From: Alphaproteobacteria bacterium
GTDB lineage: Bacteria; Pseudomonadota; Alphaproteobacteria; UBA828
DNA length: 64,000 bases
Assembly: GCA_963667785.2 (NCBI GenBank)
Contig: CAXXMU010000002.1
Location: 896,001-960,000, forward strand
Direction of reading: 5' to 3'
The translations under genes and the position numbers were made by a program. This document shows, one piece after another, positions 50,409 through 60,051 of the stretch; position 1 is the stretch's first letter; each line of letters begins with the position of its first letter. Under the pieces are notes generated by a model. The model saw only the letters and a program-made list of their open reading frames with translations. It was not told where the DNA came from and searched no databases.

Positions 50409-50414
50409 GGGGTA

Positions 50415-50702
50415 TTACTTCGTGCCGGCGGCCCTGCGCAGCGCGGCCGAGGGGCGGAACTTCAGCACCTTCGACGCCCTGATCCTGATCGCCTCGCCGG
50501 TCTGCGGATTGCGGCCCTTGCGCCCCTTGCGCTTGACGACGGTGAAGGTGCCGAAGTTGCCGATAGCGTAGCGGCCTTCCTTCTTCGACCGCTTCAGCCC
50601 GGCCTCCATCTCGCCCAGCACCAAGTCCACCGTGCGCTTGGCCTCGGCCTTGCTCATCTTGCCCTTCTTGGCAACGTTCTCGATGAATGCGGCTCTGCTC
50701 AT
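50415..50702 (-). CDS. HU-family DNA-binding protein (divergent, highly basic)
   Basis: SKAEA, FGTF, RKGRNPQTGE.I.I.A, KFRPS. Start MSRAAF at 50702 after GAGGAG. Confidence 0.92.
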   Translation of the reverse strand: MSRAAFIENVAKKGKMSKAEAKRTVDLVLGEMEAGLKRSKKEGRYAIGNFGTFTVVKRKGRKGRNPQTGEAIRIRASKVLKFRPSAALRRAAGTK

Positions 50703-50748
50703 GTCCCGCAGCTCCTCTTCGTTCGCGGTTGCGACTCGACCGTCAACT

Positions 50749-50770
50749 AAACCGCTACATATAGCGGTTT
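50749..50770. promoter_or_regulatory. Perfect palindrome upstream of HU with an NrdR-box-like core
   Basis: AAACCGCTA-CATA-TAGCGGTTT; core CTACATATAG; overlaps a CTATAT -10-like element on the minus strand. Confidence 0.5.
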
Positions 50771-50864
50771 TCGCGCACGTGGCTACCAGAAATGCCAAGC
50801 AGGCCGGGCCTCTTCGCGCCCCTCCGGTGCCGGTCGCGCGCGCCCGGCGGCGCGGCCCCGGCCC

Positions 50865-51467
50865 TCAGTCGACGCGGCAGGTGATGCGCCAGTCGATCGC
50901 GCCGGCCTTGTCGCGGCGCGCGTAGCTCACGCGGGACTTCTTGAGCTCCGCGCGGGCGATCTCGACCAGCCCCTCCTTGAGCTCGGGCGGAAGCGCGTCG
51001 AGGTCGAGGGTGACGGTGATGGGGTCGCGGCGCTTGCGCGGCTTCGAGCGCCGGCCGGCCGCGCGCGGGCGCGGCGCCTCCGCGCCGTCCGCCGCCTCGT
51101 CGCCGTTCTTCCCGTTCCCCCAGATGGCGTCCCAGCCACTGCGGTAGGCGGGCGAGCGCACGCTCGAGAAGTAGCCGTAGTGAACGTCGGCCTTGCCGCC
51201 GATGGACTCGCGAGCGGACTTGCCGCCCTCCGTGCCGCTCTCGCTGCCGCCCTCGCTGCCGCCGGCCGCGCCGCTCTCCTTGCCGCCGTCCCCGCCGCTG
51301 TCCTTGCCAGTGTCTGGGGCCTTGGCCTCGGCGGACGTGGCGGCGGCGCCTGCCGTGTCGTCCTTGGCCTTGGTCTTGGCGCCGGCGCTCTCGCTCTTCT
51401 TCTTGGGCGCCGATTCGGTCTTGGGGGTCTTGGGCTTCGATGCCTTGCTGCTCTTGGCTTCGCTCAT
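50865..51467 (-). CDS. Hypothetical protein with a low-complexity K/S/E/G-rich N-terminus
   Basis: Host-like codon usage (AAG, GAG, GCC); islands VHYGYFSSVRSPAYRSGWDAIWG and a C-terminal alpha/beta segment. Start MSEAKS at 51467. Confidence 0.7.
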   Translation of the reverse strand: MSEAKSSKASKPKTPKTESAPKKKSESAGAKTKAKDDTAGAAATSAEAKAPDTGKDSGGDGGKESGAAGGSEGGSESGTEGGKSARESIGGKADVHYGYFSSVRSPAYRSGWDAIWGNGKNGDEAADGAEAPRPRAAGRRSKPRKRRDPITVTLDLDALPPELKEGLVEIARAELKKSRVSYARRDKAGAIDWRITCRVD

Positions 51468-51601
51468 CTCACTCGCTCGACGACGTCTGCATGTTCCGGC
51501 CCGCAGCGGGCTCGTCGGCCGAGGCCGCGCGCCGGGATATACGAGCAAGACCGGCCCGCATCAAGACCGAGCGTGCCGGGCGGGAAAGGCCGGAGCGCGC
51601 C

Positions 51602-52876
51602 CTACTCGGCCGCGGCCTGCCGGCGCAGGCGGGCGTGGGGCTCCTTGTGGAGCGCGCCGTCCTTCATGATCATCGCGATCCGGTCGTTGTCCTGCAGCAG
51701 GCGGACATCGGCGAGCGGGTCGCCGTCGACCATGATGAGATCGGCGAGATAGCCCTCCTTCACCAGGCCGAGCGCGGCGCCGAAGCATTCGCCGCCGTAG
51801 CGGGTCGCCATGGTCAGCAGCTCGATCGGCGAGAAGCCCATGAGCTCCTGCCAGAGCTCGAGGTCGCGGGCGTCGCGGCCGACCGGGTTCCACTGGAAGC
51901 CGTAGTCGCCGAAGGGCAGTACGCGCACGCCGCGCCGGTGCAGCTCCTTCGTCACCGCGATGGCGCCGTCGAGCTCGCGCTTGAAGCCCCACTCCTCGGC
52001 CTTCTCCTGCGGCATGCCGTAATCGGCCATCTCGTAGAGGGTGGTGTAGGTGAGGCCGATGGCGGGGTTCACGAAGAAGCGGTCCTTGTTCGCTTCCAGC
52101 AGGTCCAGCCCCTCCTCGTCGCAGAAGTTGGCGTGGTAGATCAGGTCGATCCCGTGCTTGACGCACTGCTTGACCGCCTCGGCGGTGCGCGCGTGCGCGA
52201 TGACCCGGCGCTTGTGGATGTGGGCGATGCTGGTGCAGGCGACGATCTCGTCCTCCTGCATCACGGTCATGTCGCCGGTGGCGGTGTCGTGGACGAAAAA
52301 ATCGCCGGAGATCATCAGCTTCAGGTTGTCCACGCCCTCGCGGATCATCAGGCGGGCGAACTTGCGGATCTCCTCGGGCCCGTCGCAGACCACCGCGAAG
52401 CCCTCGTGATACATGTGGTACTGCCTGAGGTCGCCGAGGCCGCCGGTCACGGTGATCTCCGGCGTGGCCGCGCGCATCCTGGGGCCGGGGATGCCGCCGG
52501 CGTCGATCTCGTTGCGGGTCGCGATGTCAAGCCGGGCCTTCGCAGACGAGCCGTTGACCGAGGCGGTGAAGCCCGCGTCCAGCATCGCCTTGACGTTGTG
52601 CATGGTGCGGAAGACGTGCTCCTCCACCGGGAGCTCGCCGGGGTCGTAGAAGTCCGCGCCCATGTTCGGATAGGTCGGGTGGCCGTGGCAGTTCACGAGG
52701 CCCGGCATGAGCGTCGCCCCGCCGCCCTCGACGATGCGGTCGGCCGCCGTGCCGTGAGGGAAGCCGCCCTCGGCCACCCCGGCGATCCGGTTGCCCTGTA
52801 CCAGGACCTCCCCGGCGAAGGGCTCGCGGCCCGAGCCGTCGAAGACGGTCACGTCGGTGATGAGAGTCTGCGCCAT
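51602..52876 (-). CDS. Amidohydrolase-superfamily protein (Xaa-Pro dipeptidase-like metal-dependent hydrolase)
   Basis: PGLVNCHGH, NLKL, IAHA, IYHA, FGDYG, GYLADLIMVDGDPL. Confidence 0.9.
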   Translation of the reverse strand: MAQTLITDVTVFDGSGREPFAGEVLVQGNRIAGVAEGGFPHGTAADRIVEGGGATLMPGLVNCHGHPTYPNMGADFYDPGELPVEEHVFRTMHNVKAMLDAGFTASVNGSSAKARLDIATRNEIDAGGIPGPRMRAATPEITVTGGLGDLRQYHMYHEGFAVVCDGPEEIRKFARLMIREGVDNLKLMISGDFFVHDTATGDMTVMQEDEIVACTSIAHIHKRRVIAHARTAEAVKQCVKHGIDLIYHANFCDEEGLDLLEANKDRFFVNPAIGLTYTTLYEMADYGMPQEKAEEWGFKRELDGAIAVTKELHRRGVRVLPFGDYGFQWNPVGRDARDLELWQELMGFSPIELLTMATRYGGECFGAALGLVKEGYLADLIMVDGDPLADVRLLQDNDRIAMIMKDGALHKEPHARLRRQAAAE

Positions 52877-53131
52877 CGTGCTCTCCCTCGCCGCTCAGGC
52901 GTGCGGCGGTTGCGGGCGCCTCACGGCTGCTTCTTCTTGTTCTCGCGGCGCCGGATGATCGCTGCGCCATCTTAGCCCGCATTTCCCGCCAGGGTCATGG
53001 TCTGCGCCGCCCCGCCTGCGCTTTGCCCGGCGCCCACTCTTTGGCATGATGCGCGCGCCCGATTCCGGTGTGCCGGCAGGGAACGGGCCGTTGGCGGCCG
53101 CGCCGGCACCGCGTCGAGGGGTTCAGGAACC

Positions 53132-53695
53132 GTGCAGGCATCGCTGGATAGCTGCCCCGCCCTGGTGCTGAACGCCGACTATCGGCCGCTCAGCTACTTC
53201 CCCCTTTCAGTCTGGGGCTGGCAGGATGCGGTCAAGGCGGCGTTCCTCGACCGCGTCACGATCCTGTCTGAGTACGACCGGGCGATCCGCTCGCCGAGCA
53301 CGAGCATCCGCCTGCCGAGCGTGGTCGCGCTCAAGCGCTACCGGCCGCTGGCGCGGCGGCCTGCGTTCACCCGCTTCAACGTCTTCCTGCGCGATTCCTT
53401 CACCTGCCAGTACTGCGTCGCGCCGTTCCCGGTGGAGGACCTCACCTTCGACCACCTGGTGCCGCGCTCGCGCGGCGGGCGGACCACCTGGAACAACGTT
53501 GTCACCGCCTGCAGCGCCTGCAACCTCGCGAAGGGCAACCGGCTGCCCCGGGAGTGCGGGATGCGGCCCGCGCGCAAGCCACGGCCGCCGAGCGCGCACG
53601 ACCTGCACGAGACGGGCCGGCGCTTCCCGCCCCGCTACCTACACGAGAGCTGGGGCGACTACCTCTACTGGGATTCCGAACTGGAGCCGGACTAG
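53132..53695 (+). CDS. HNH endonuclease (McrA-like, chromosomal type)
   Basis: PALVLNADYRPL, LPSVV, RDSFTCQYC, TFDHLVPRSRGG..TW.N...AC..CN..KG. GTG start at 53132, approximate. Confidence 0.9.
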   Translation: MQASLDSCPALVLNADYRPLSYFPLSVWGWQDAVKAAFLDRVTILSEYDRAIRSPSTSIRLPSVVALKRYRPLARRPAFTRFNVFLRDSFTCQYCVAPFPVEDLTFDHLVPRSRGGRTTWNNVVTACSACNLAKGNRLPRECGMRPARKPRPPSAHDLHETGRRFPPRYLHESWGDYLYWDSELEPD

Positions 53696-53719
53696 CGCCG
53701 CCCGCGCAGGAGATCGCCC

Positions 53720-54511
53720 ATGCTCGTCGAGCAGATCTGGACCGCCAACGACTACCGCAACTTCAACTACCTCATCGCCTGCCCGGAGACCGGCGAGGCG
53801 CTGGCGGTCGATCCGCTGGACCACAGGCGCTGCCTCGCGGCGGCAAAGGACAGGGGCTGGCAGATCACCCAGGTGCTCAACACCCACGAGCACGGCGACC
53901 ACACCGGCGGCAACAAGGCGGTGATCAAGGCGACCGGCGCCTCCCTGCTCGCCCACGCCAACGCGCGCGGCAAGATCCCCGGCATCGACCGCGGGCTCGG
54001 CGCGGGCGACGTGGTCAAGGTCGGCGCCACCGTGGAGCTGGAGGCGCTGGATACCCCCGGCCACACCATGAGCCATGTCTGCCTGCTCTCGCGCACCGAC
54101 GTGCCGGCGCTCTTCTGCGGCGATACGCTGTTCAACGCCGGCGCCGGCAACTGCCATTCGGGCGGCCACCCGTCCGAGCTCTACGAGACTTTCGCCGGCC
54201 AACTCGCGACGCTGCCGGACGAGACCCTGATCTACCCCGGCCACGACTACATCGAGAACAACCTGCAGTTCACGCTCGACCGGGAGCCCGACAACGCGCG
54301 CGCGGCCTCGCTGCTCGACGAGATCGGGCCGCAGGATCCCGACGACGCCATGGTCTCGACGCTCGCGCTGGAGAAGGAGATCAACACCTTCTTCCGCCTG
54401 CACAGCCCGAGCGTGATCGCGCGCCTGCGCGAGGCCTTCCCGGACCTCTCGGACGATCCGGGCCCGCGCGAGGTCTTCCTGAAGCTGCGCGAGCTCCGGA
54501 ATAGCTGGTAA
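53720..54511 (+). CDS. gloB: Hydroxyacylglutathione hydrolase (glyoxalase II)
   Basis: THEHGDHTGG, TPGHT, GDTLF, YPGHDY, STLALEKEINTFFR, LRELRN. Confidence 0.88.
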   Translation: MLVEQIWTANDYRNFNYLIACPETGEALAVDPLDHRRCLAAAKDRGWQITQVLNTHEHGDHTGGNKAVIKATGASLLAHANARGKIPGIDRGLGAGDVVKVGATVELEALDTPGHTMSHVCLLSRTDVPALFCGDTLFNAGAGNCHSGGHPSELYETFAGQLATLPDETLIYPGHDYIENNLQFTLDREPDNARAASLLDEIGPQDPDDAMVSTLALEKEINTFFRLHSPSVIARLREAFPDLSDDPGPREVFLKLRELRNSW

Positions 54512-54598
54512 CGGCGAGCGAAGGGCAGATATGACCGCGTAGGGAATTGACGACGGCTCACTGGAGACGGCTCGCGCCAGTGCGCCGCTCCTTCTTCA

Positions 54599-54685
54599 CG
54601 TCATGGCCGGGCTTGTCCCGGCCATCCACGTTTCCGACACCACGCCTGACGTACATGGATGCCCGGAACAAGTCCGGGCATGACG
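54599..54685. repeat. Palindromic intergenic repeat (REP/RIME-like), copy 3
   Basis: CGTCATGGCCGGGCTTGTCCCGGCCATCCACG ... GATGCCCGGAACAAGTCCGGGCATGACG; arms match copy 2. Confidence 0.88.
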
Positions 54686-54788
54686 ACGGGAGGGCGGATA
54701 TCACGAGGAGAGTTGCCAAGTCGGGAAAATTGCTTAGCCAGCCCGAAAACAAGCGAAATTCAAAAACAGGACACTGACACTTTGTCGC

Positions 54789-56114
54789 TCAGCGCCCGCC
54801 GGCGACCCTCGTGCCCCTGACGTAGACCGCCCGCACGGCGCGGTCGTCGCCCAGCATCATCAGCGCGAACAGCACGTCCTCCAGGCTCTCCGAGAGCTCC
54901 TGGCGCGCGGCCAGCACCGGCGTCGCGCATGGATCGAGGACGACGACATCGGCCCAGCCTCCGGCGTCGAGCGTGCCGATCTCTGCATCGAGGCGGAGGC
55001 CGCGCGCGTTGCCGAGCGTGGCGAGGTAGAACCCGTCGAAGGCGCTGAAGCTGCGGCCCCTGAGCCTCGCGGTCTTGTAGGCCTCGGCGAGCGTCTGGAG
55101 CAGGGAGTAGCTGGTGCCGCCGGCGATATCGGTGGCGATGCCCACTCTGACCGGACGCCGTGCCGCGCCCACATGCTCGATGTCGAACAGGCCCGATCCC
55201 AGGAAGGCGTTCGAGGTCGGGCAGTGGACGACCGTCGAGCCCGCGTCGTGCAGGGCCTGGCACTCGCGCTCGGAGAGGTGGATGCCGTGGGCGAAGACGG
55301 CGTTCTCGCCCAGGAGGCCGAAGCGCTCGTAGACGTCCGTGTAGTCCTTGGACCAGGGAAACAGCCGCTTGACCAGCTCGATCTCCGCCGCGCTCTCCGA
55401 GAGGTGCGTGTGGAGCAGGCAGCCGGGATGGTCCGCCAGCAGCTCGCCGGCAAGCCGCAACTGCTCTTCGCTGGACGTGACGGCGAAACGCACCGTGAGC
55501 GCGTAGCGCAGGCGCTCGACCCCGTGCCAGGACGCGATGAGCGCGGCGCTCTCCCGCGCGCTCGCTTCCGCGTCCTGCGTCACGGCGTCGGGCGCGTTGC
55601 GGTCCATCATGGTCGCGCCCGTGACCAGGCAGAGGCCGCGCCGCCGCGCCGCCCGAAAGAGGCAGTCGGCCGCCTGCCCGTGCACCGAGGAGAAGACGAG
55701 GGCGCTGGTGGTGCCGTGGCTCACGAGCTTGTCCAGAAAACTCTCGGCGGCTGCCGCGGCATGGTCCGCGCTCGCATACCGCGCCTCCTCGGGGAAGGCG
55801 AAGCGATCGAGCCATTCGAGCAGGTCGTGCGCGGGCGCCGCCAGCATGCGGTGCTGCGGGAAGTGAACGTGCGCGTCGATCAGTCCGGGCAGGATGAGCG
55901 CGTCGTCATGGCGCTCGCACGGCGCCTCGGCGTGCGCGCGCGGCAGGTCGGCGAAGGCGCCGTGCCAGAGGATGCGGCCCTGCCGGCCCATGACCACCGC
56001 GCCGTCCTCGTGGCTTCGTATCGCCTCGTCGGGACCGACGACGCGGGGGTCGTCCCCAAAGCTCAGCGTGTGGCCGCGCAGGACCAGCGCCGCGGTATCT
56101 TCACCCGCCGTCAT
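54789..56114 (-). CDS. guaD: Guanine deaminase
   Basis: PGLIDAHVHFPQ, LLEWL...FPEE, RFA, HTHLSE, AHGIHL, HCPTSN, TDIAGG, LGDDRAV; purine cluster context. Confidence 0.93.
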   Translation of the reverse strand: MTAGEDTAALVLRGHTLSFGDDPRVVGPDEAIRSHEDGAVVMGRQGRILWHGAFADLPRAHAEAPCERHDDALILPGLIDAHVHFPQHRMLAAPAHDLLEWLDRFAFPEEARYASADHAAAAAESFLDKLVSHGTTSALVFSSVHGQAADCLFRAARRRGLCLVTGATMMDRNAPDAVTQDAEASARESAALIASWHGVERLRYALTVRFAVTSSEEQLRLAGELLADHPGCLLHTHLSESAAEIELVKRLFPWSKDYTDVYERFGLLGENAVFAHGIHLSERECQALHDAGSTVVHCPTSNAFLGSGLFDIEHVGAARRPVRVGIATDIAGGTSYSLLQTLAEAYKTARLRGRSFSAFDGFYLATLGNARGLRLDAEIGTLDAGGWADVVVLDPCATPVLAARQELSESLEDVLFALMMLGDDRAVRAVYVRGTRVAGGR

Positions 56115-56659
56115 CCTGCGACCCGGTCCTCGATGCGGAAGCGCATGATGCGGCAGACGTTCTCGATCGCGTTTCCGAGCTCGACCTCGCGCCCGTTGGC
56201 GCTGCGCTCCTCGAAGGCGGCGAGGATCATGTCCTTGGTGGCTCCCTTGACCGCGAAGATGAAGGGGATCCCGAAGCGTTCCCTGTAGGCGGCGTTGAGC
56301 GCGGTGAAGCGCTCGAATTCCGCAGGCGTCAGCCGGTCGAGCCCGGCGCCCGCCTGCTCCCTGCGGGAGTCGTCGGTCAACGTCCCGGCCACCGCCGCCC
56401 GGCCGGCGAGATCCGGATGCGCGCGCAGCACGGCGAGCTGCTCGTCCCGTGTCGCGTCGCGCAGGGCAGCGGCGAAGGCTTGGGCGACTCCGTCCCGGTC
56501 GGCGAAGGGACGGGCGCCGGCGGCACGCTCGGCGACCCAGGGCGAATGCTCCGCCACGTCGCCGAAGCGCGCGGTGAACTCGGCGACGGCCATCCGGTTG
56601 AGATCGTCGAGGGAGAGGAGCGCACCCGTCGCTCCGCCGCTCGTGTTCCTGCCCTCCAT
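56111..56659 (-). CDS. uraD: OHCU decarboxylase
   Basis: EHSPWVA, AHPDLAG, SRREQAGAGL, N.AYRERFGIPFI.AVKG. Confidence 0.93.
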   Translation of the reverse strand: MEGRNTSGGATGALLSLDDLNRMAVAEFTARFGDVAEHSPWVAERAAGARPFADRDGVAQAFAAALRDATRDEQLAVLRAHPDLAGRAAVAGTLTDDSRREQAGAGLDRLTPAEFERFTALNAAYRERFGIPFIFAVKGATKDMILAAFEERSANGREVELGNAIENVCRIMRFRIEDRVAG

Positions 56660-56663
56660 CGCC

Positions 56664-57842
56664 CTACCTGTCGTCGATCCAGGCGCCGAGCTGCGCGCGC
56701 TCCTCGTCCGTCATCTCGGTCTCGTTGCCGAGCGGCATGGTGCGGGTCTGGACGGTGAACTTGGCTACCAGCTCCGCGTGGCGCTCCAGGTCGTCGATGG
56801 TCTCCAGCACCATGTCCTTGGGCGGCGTGTCGAAGCTCTCGTGGCTCGGGCTCGCTGCGTGGCAGGAGACGCAGTGCTTCTCGACGATCGCCATGACCTC
56901 CACGTCCGAGACATCGAGGTCCAGCGCCTCCCGCTGCTGCGGCGAGGTCATCCACACGGCCGCGGCGAGGGCGACCAGCATGACGGGCAGGGTCCACGCA
57001 AATCCCCTGAACGGCGCGCCGGCCTCGTGGCGGATGAAGGCGTGGCGCACGCAGGCGCCGCCGACGAGGACGAAGGCGACGATCAGCCAGGCCTCCTGAT
57101 GCGCCGTCAGCATCGGGTAGTGCCCGCCCACCATGGTCACGAGCACCGGCAGCGTGAGATAGGTGTTGTGGACCGAGCGCTGCTTGCCGATGGCGCCCAG
57201 CCTCGCCTCCGGCTCGCGCCCCTCCAGCAGGGCCCGGGTGATCTTCTTCTGGTTGGGAATGATCACCGCGAACACGTTGGCCGCCATGAGGGTGCCGATG
57301 AAGGCGCCGACATGGATCAGCGCGGCGCGGCCGGAGAACACGTTGGTGTAGACGTAGGCCGCGAGGAGTATCCAGAGGAACGTCGCGATGGCGAGCAGGG
57401 TCGGCCGGCTGCCGACGGGCGAGCGGCAGAGGCCGTCGTAGACGAACCAGCCGACCGCGAGGCTCCCCACCGAGATGCCGACCGCGTGCAGGGGCTCGAG
57501 GGCCAGCACCGCCGGGTCGATCATCCAGGTGCCGGCGCTGAGGTAGAACTGCACGACCAGGAGCAGGAAGCCGGTGAACCAGGTGAGGTAGGCTTCCCAC
57601 TTGAACCAGATCAGGTCGCCGGGCAGCTCCTTCGGCGCGACCGTGAACTTCTCGACGTGGTAGAAGCCGCCGCCGTGCACCTGCCAGGCGGTCCCCAGCA
57701 CGCCTTCCTTCATCGTCTCGCGCTTCTTCAGCGCGACGTCGAGAGCGATGAAGTAGAAGGAGGTGCCGATCCAGCCGATGCCGGCGATCATGTGCGCCCA
57801 GCGGAGCAGGAGATTGAGCCAGTCGAGGGCGAAGGCGGCCAC
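56664..57842 (-). CDS. puuD: Membrane urate hydroxylase PuuD with C-terminal cytochrome c domain
   Basis: RWAH.IAGIGWIGTSFYF, VHGGGFY, WFKWEAY.TW, RSVHNTYLTLPV, CVSCH heme motif, MPLGN.T.MT..ER. Confidence 0.92.
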   Translation of the reverse strand: MAAFALDWLNLLLRWAHMIAGIGWIGTSFYFIALDVALKKRETMKEGVLGTAWQVHGGGFYHVEKFTVAPKELPGDLIWFKWEAYLTWFTGFLLLVVQFYLSAGTWMIDPAVLALEPLHAVGISVGSLAVGWFVYDGLCRSPVGSRPTLLAIATFLWILLAAYVYTNVFSGRAALIHVGAFIGTLMAANVFAVIIPNQKKITRALLEGREPEARLGAIGKQRSVHNTYLTLPVLVTMVGGHYPMLTAHQEAWLIVAFVLVGGACVRHAFIRHEAGAPFRGFAWTLPVMLVALAAAVWMTSPQQREALDLDVSDVEVMAIVEKHCVSCHAASPSHESFDTPPKDMVLETIDDLERHAELVAKFTVQTRTMPLGNETEMTDEERAQLGAWIDDR

Positions 57843-57933
57843 GCGCGTGTCTCCTCGCCTTCACATCACGGCAGCCGACGCACCGCGCCCGCCTCGCGGC
57901 AGGAACGGTGCGCCGGCCGGTATCGGTAGCGGC

Positions 57934-59004
57934 CTATTGCGGCAGGGTGTCGTCGACCCCCTGGACGTACCAGTTGATGCCCGCGAGCGTGCCGTCGTCC
58001 ATGACCTCGCCTTCGGGAACGGCCAGCGTGCCGTCCTGCTTGTAGACGGGGCCGGCGAAGGGATTGAGCTCGCCCGAGGCGATCGCGGCTGCCGTCTCCG
58101 CCGCCAGCGCGGCGACGTCATCGGGCATGTTGGTGTAGGGCGCCATCACCACGGTGCCCGCTGACATCCCGGTCCACGAGTTCGCCGTCTCCCAGGTCCC
58201 GTCGAGCACCGCCTGGGCGCGCTCCACGTAGTAGGGACCCCACTCGTCGATGATCGCCGTCAACTGCGCCTTGGGGGCGAAGTGGATCATGTCGGAGGCC
58301 TGACCGAAGCCGAGCACGCCTTGCTCCTCGGCGATCTGCAGCGGCGCCGTCGAATCGGTGTGCTGGGTGATGATGTCGGCACCCTGGCCGATCAGCACCT
58401 TCGCGGCGTCGGCTTCCTTGCCCGGATCGAACCAGGTGTTGACCCAGACCACCTTGAGCTTGAAGTCCGGGTTGATGGTCTGCGCGCCCCGGATGAACGC
58501 GTTGATGCCCATCACGACCTCGGGAATCGGGAAGGACGCGATGTAGCCGGCGATCCCCGACTCCGACATCTGCGCGGCGATCTGGCCGATGACGTACCGG
58601 CCTTCGTGGAAGCGCGCGTTGTAGGCCGCGACGTTCTCGGACGTCTTGTAGCCGGTCGCGTGCTCGAACTTCACGTCGGGAAAGCGCTTCGCGACCTTGA
58701 TCGTCGGATCCATGTAGCCGAAGGACGTGGTGAAGATCAGCCCGGCACCGTCCCGCGCCAGTCGCTCGATGGCGCGCTCGGCATCCGGCCCCTCCGGTAT
58801 GTTCTCGACGTAGACGGTCTCGACCTGGTCGCCCAGCGCCGCGTCGATCGCGAGGCGGCCCTGGTCGTGGGCGTAGGTCCAGCCGTGATCGCCGATGGGT
58901 CCGATGTAGATGAAGCCGACCTTGAGCTTGTCGGCGGCGGACGCGGCGCCCGCGGCGAACGTCATCGCCAGCGCGAGCGCGACCATTCCAATGAGCCTTT
59001 TCAT
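57934..59004 (-). CDS. BMP-family (nucleoside/purine) ABC substrate-binding protein
   Basis: GPIGDHGWT, TSFGY, HATG, PIPEV, WFDPGKE, QHTDS. Start MKRLIG at 59004 after AAAGGAGG. Confidence 0.93.
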   Translation of the reverse strand: MKRLIGMVALALAMTFAAGAASAADKLKVGFIYIGPIGDHGWTYAHDQGRLAIDAALGDQVETVYVENIPEGPDAERAIERLARDGAGLIFTTSFGYMDPTIKVAKRFPDVKFEHATGYKTSENVAAYNARFHEGRYVIGQIAAQMSESGIAGYIASFPIPEVVMGINAFIRGAQTINPDFKLKVVWVNTWFDPGKEADAAKVLIGQGADIITQHTDSTAPLQIAEEQGVLGFGQASDMIHFAPKAQLTAIIDEWGPYYVERAQAVLDGTWETANSWTGMSAGTVVMAPYTNMPDDVAALAAETAAAIASGELNPFAGPVYKQDGTLAVPEGEVMDDGTLAGINWYVQGVDDTLPQ

Positions 59005-59099
59005 GATGCCTCCTTTCACACGTCAGCAAGAGTTCATGCGGTGCAACCTGTCATGCCGCCACCGCTCACCGTAACGCGCCGGCGGTTTCACTCCCCCTT

Positions 59100-60020
59100 C
59101 TACCTCTCGGGCGCGAAGGGCTGCCCGATCATTGCGGGCGTGTTCACCCTGATCAAAGACCTGTTCCCCGAAATGATGACCAGCACCACTATCGTGACGA
59201 GGTAAGGCAGGGACGACAATAGCTGCGACGGGATTCCGACGCCCAGACCCTGGACGTAGAGGCCCATGATCCAGACCGTGCCGAAGAGATAGGCCCCGAT
59301 GAGGAGACGCCCGGGCAGCCAGGTGGAAAAGACGACCAGCGCGAGCGCGATCCAGCCGCGGCCTGCGCTCATGCTCTCGATCCACTGCGGCGTGTAGGCA
59401 AGCGCCAGATACGCGCCGGCGAGGCCCGAGCAGGCGCCGCCGAAGGCGATACAGGCGTAGCGCACCCTGACGACGCCGTAGCCCAGCGCATGCGCGGAAT
59501 GGTGGTTGTTGCCCACCGCGTTGATGACGAGGCCGATCCGGGTGCGGAACAGCACGTAGCTGACGGCCGCGATCAGCGCGAGCGAGGCGTAGACCAGGAT
59601 GTCCTGGCCGAAGAGGATCGGCCCGATGAAGGGGATGTCGGTGAGCAGCGGGATGTGGATCGATTCGAGCTTCACCCCCGGCAGCCCCGTGAACCCCTCG
59701 CCGATCAGGCCGGAGAGGCCTAGTCCCAGCAGGGTGAGCGAGAGCCCGGTCGCGACCTGCGAGGTCATCAGGGTCTGGGTCAGGAAGGCGAAGAGCAGCG
59801 ACGTGGCGACGCCTGCATAGAGCCCGACCAGGACGCCGAGCAGCGCCGAGCCGGTCGTGTAGGCGGTGGCGAAGCTGCACACCGCGCCCATGATCATCAT
59901 GCCCTCGACGCCCAGATTGAGGACGCCCGAGCGTTCCGTGACGAGTTCTCCGGTCGCCGCCAGCAGCAGTGGCGTGGACGCCGTGATGATCGTCAGAATG
60001 ACGGCTTCGAGGGCTTCCAT
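59100..60020 (-). CDS. Nucleoside/purine ABC permease
   Basis: TPLLLAATGE..TERSGVLNLGVEG, AGRGWIALALV, LPY. Confidence 0.93.
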   Translation of the reverse strand: MEALEAVILTIITASTPLLLAATGELVTERSGVLNLGVEGMMIMGAVCSFATAYTTGSALLGVLVGLYAGVATSLLFAFLTQTLMTSQVATGLSLTLLGLGLSGLIGEGFTGLPGVKLESIHIPLLTDIPFIGPILFGQDILVYASLALIAAVSYVLFRTRIGLVINAVGNNHHSAHALGYGVVRVRYACIAFGGACSGLAGAYLALAYTPQWIESMSAGRGWIALALVVFSTWLPGRLLIGAYLFGTVWIMGLYVQGLGVGIPSQLLSSLPYLVTIVVLVIISGNRSLIRVNTPAMIGQPFAPER

Positions 60021-60051
60021 CGACCGCTTCTCAGACCTCCCCGGTCATCGT

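Noticed and set aside
48369-50414. tRNA or att-site boundaries for the low-GC gene
   Set aside because: No tRNA cloverleaf, direct repeats or integrase could be identified by eye.
53132-53695. HNH nuclease as a mobile or defence element partnering the ATPase-TOPRIM gene
   Set aside because: Host-like GC, 3 kb away on the other strand, next to gloB, and resembles the common chromosomal HNH family.
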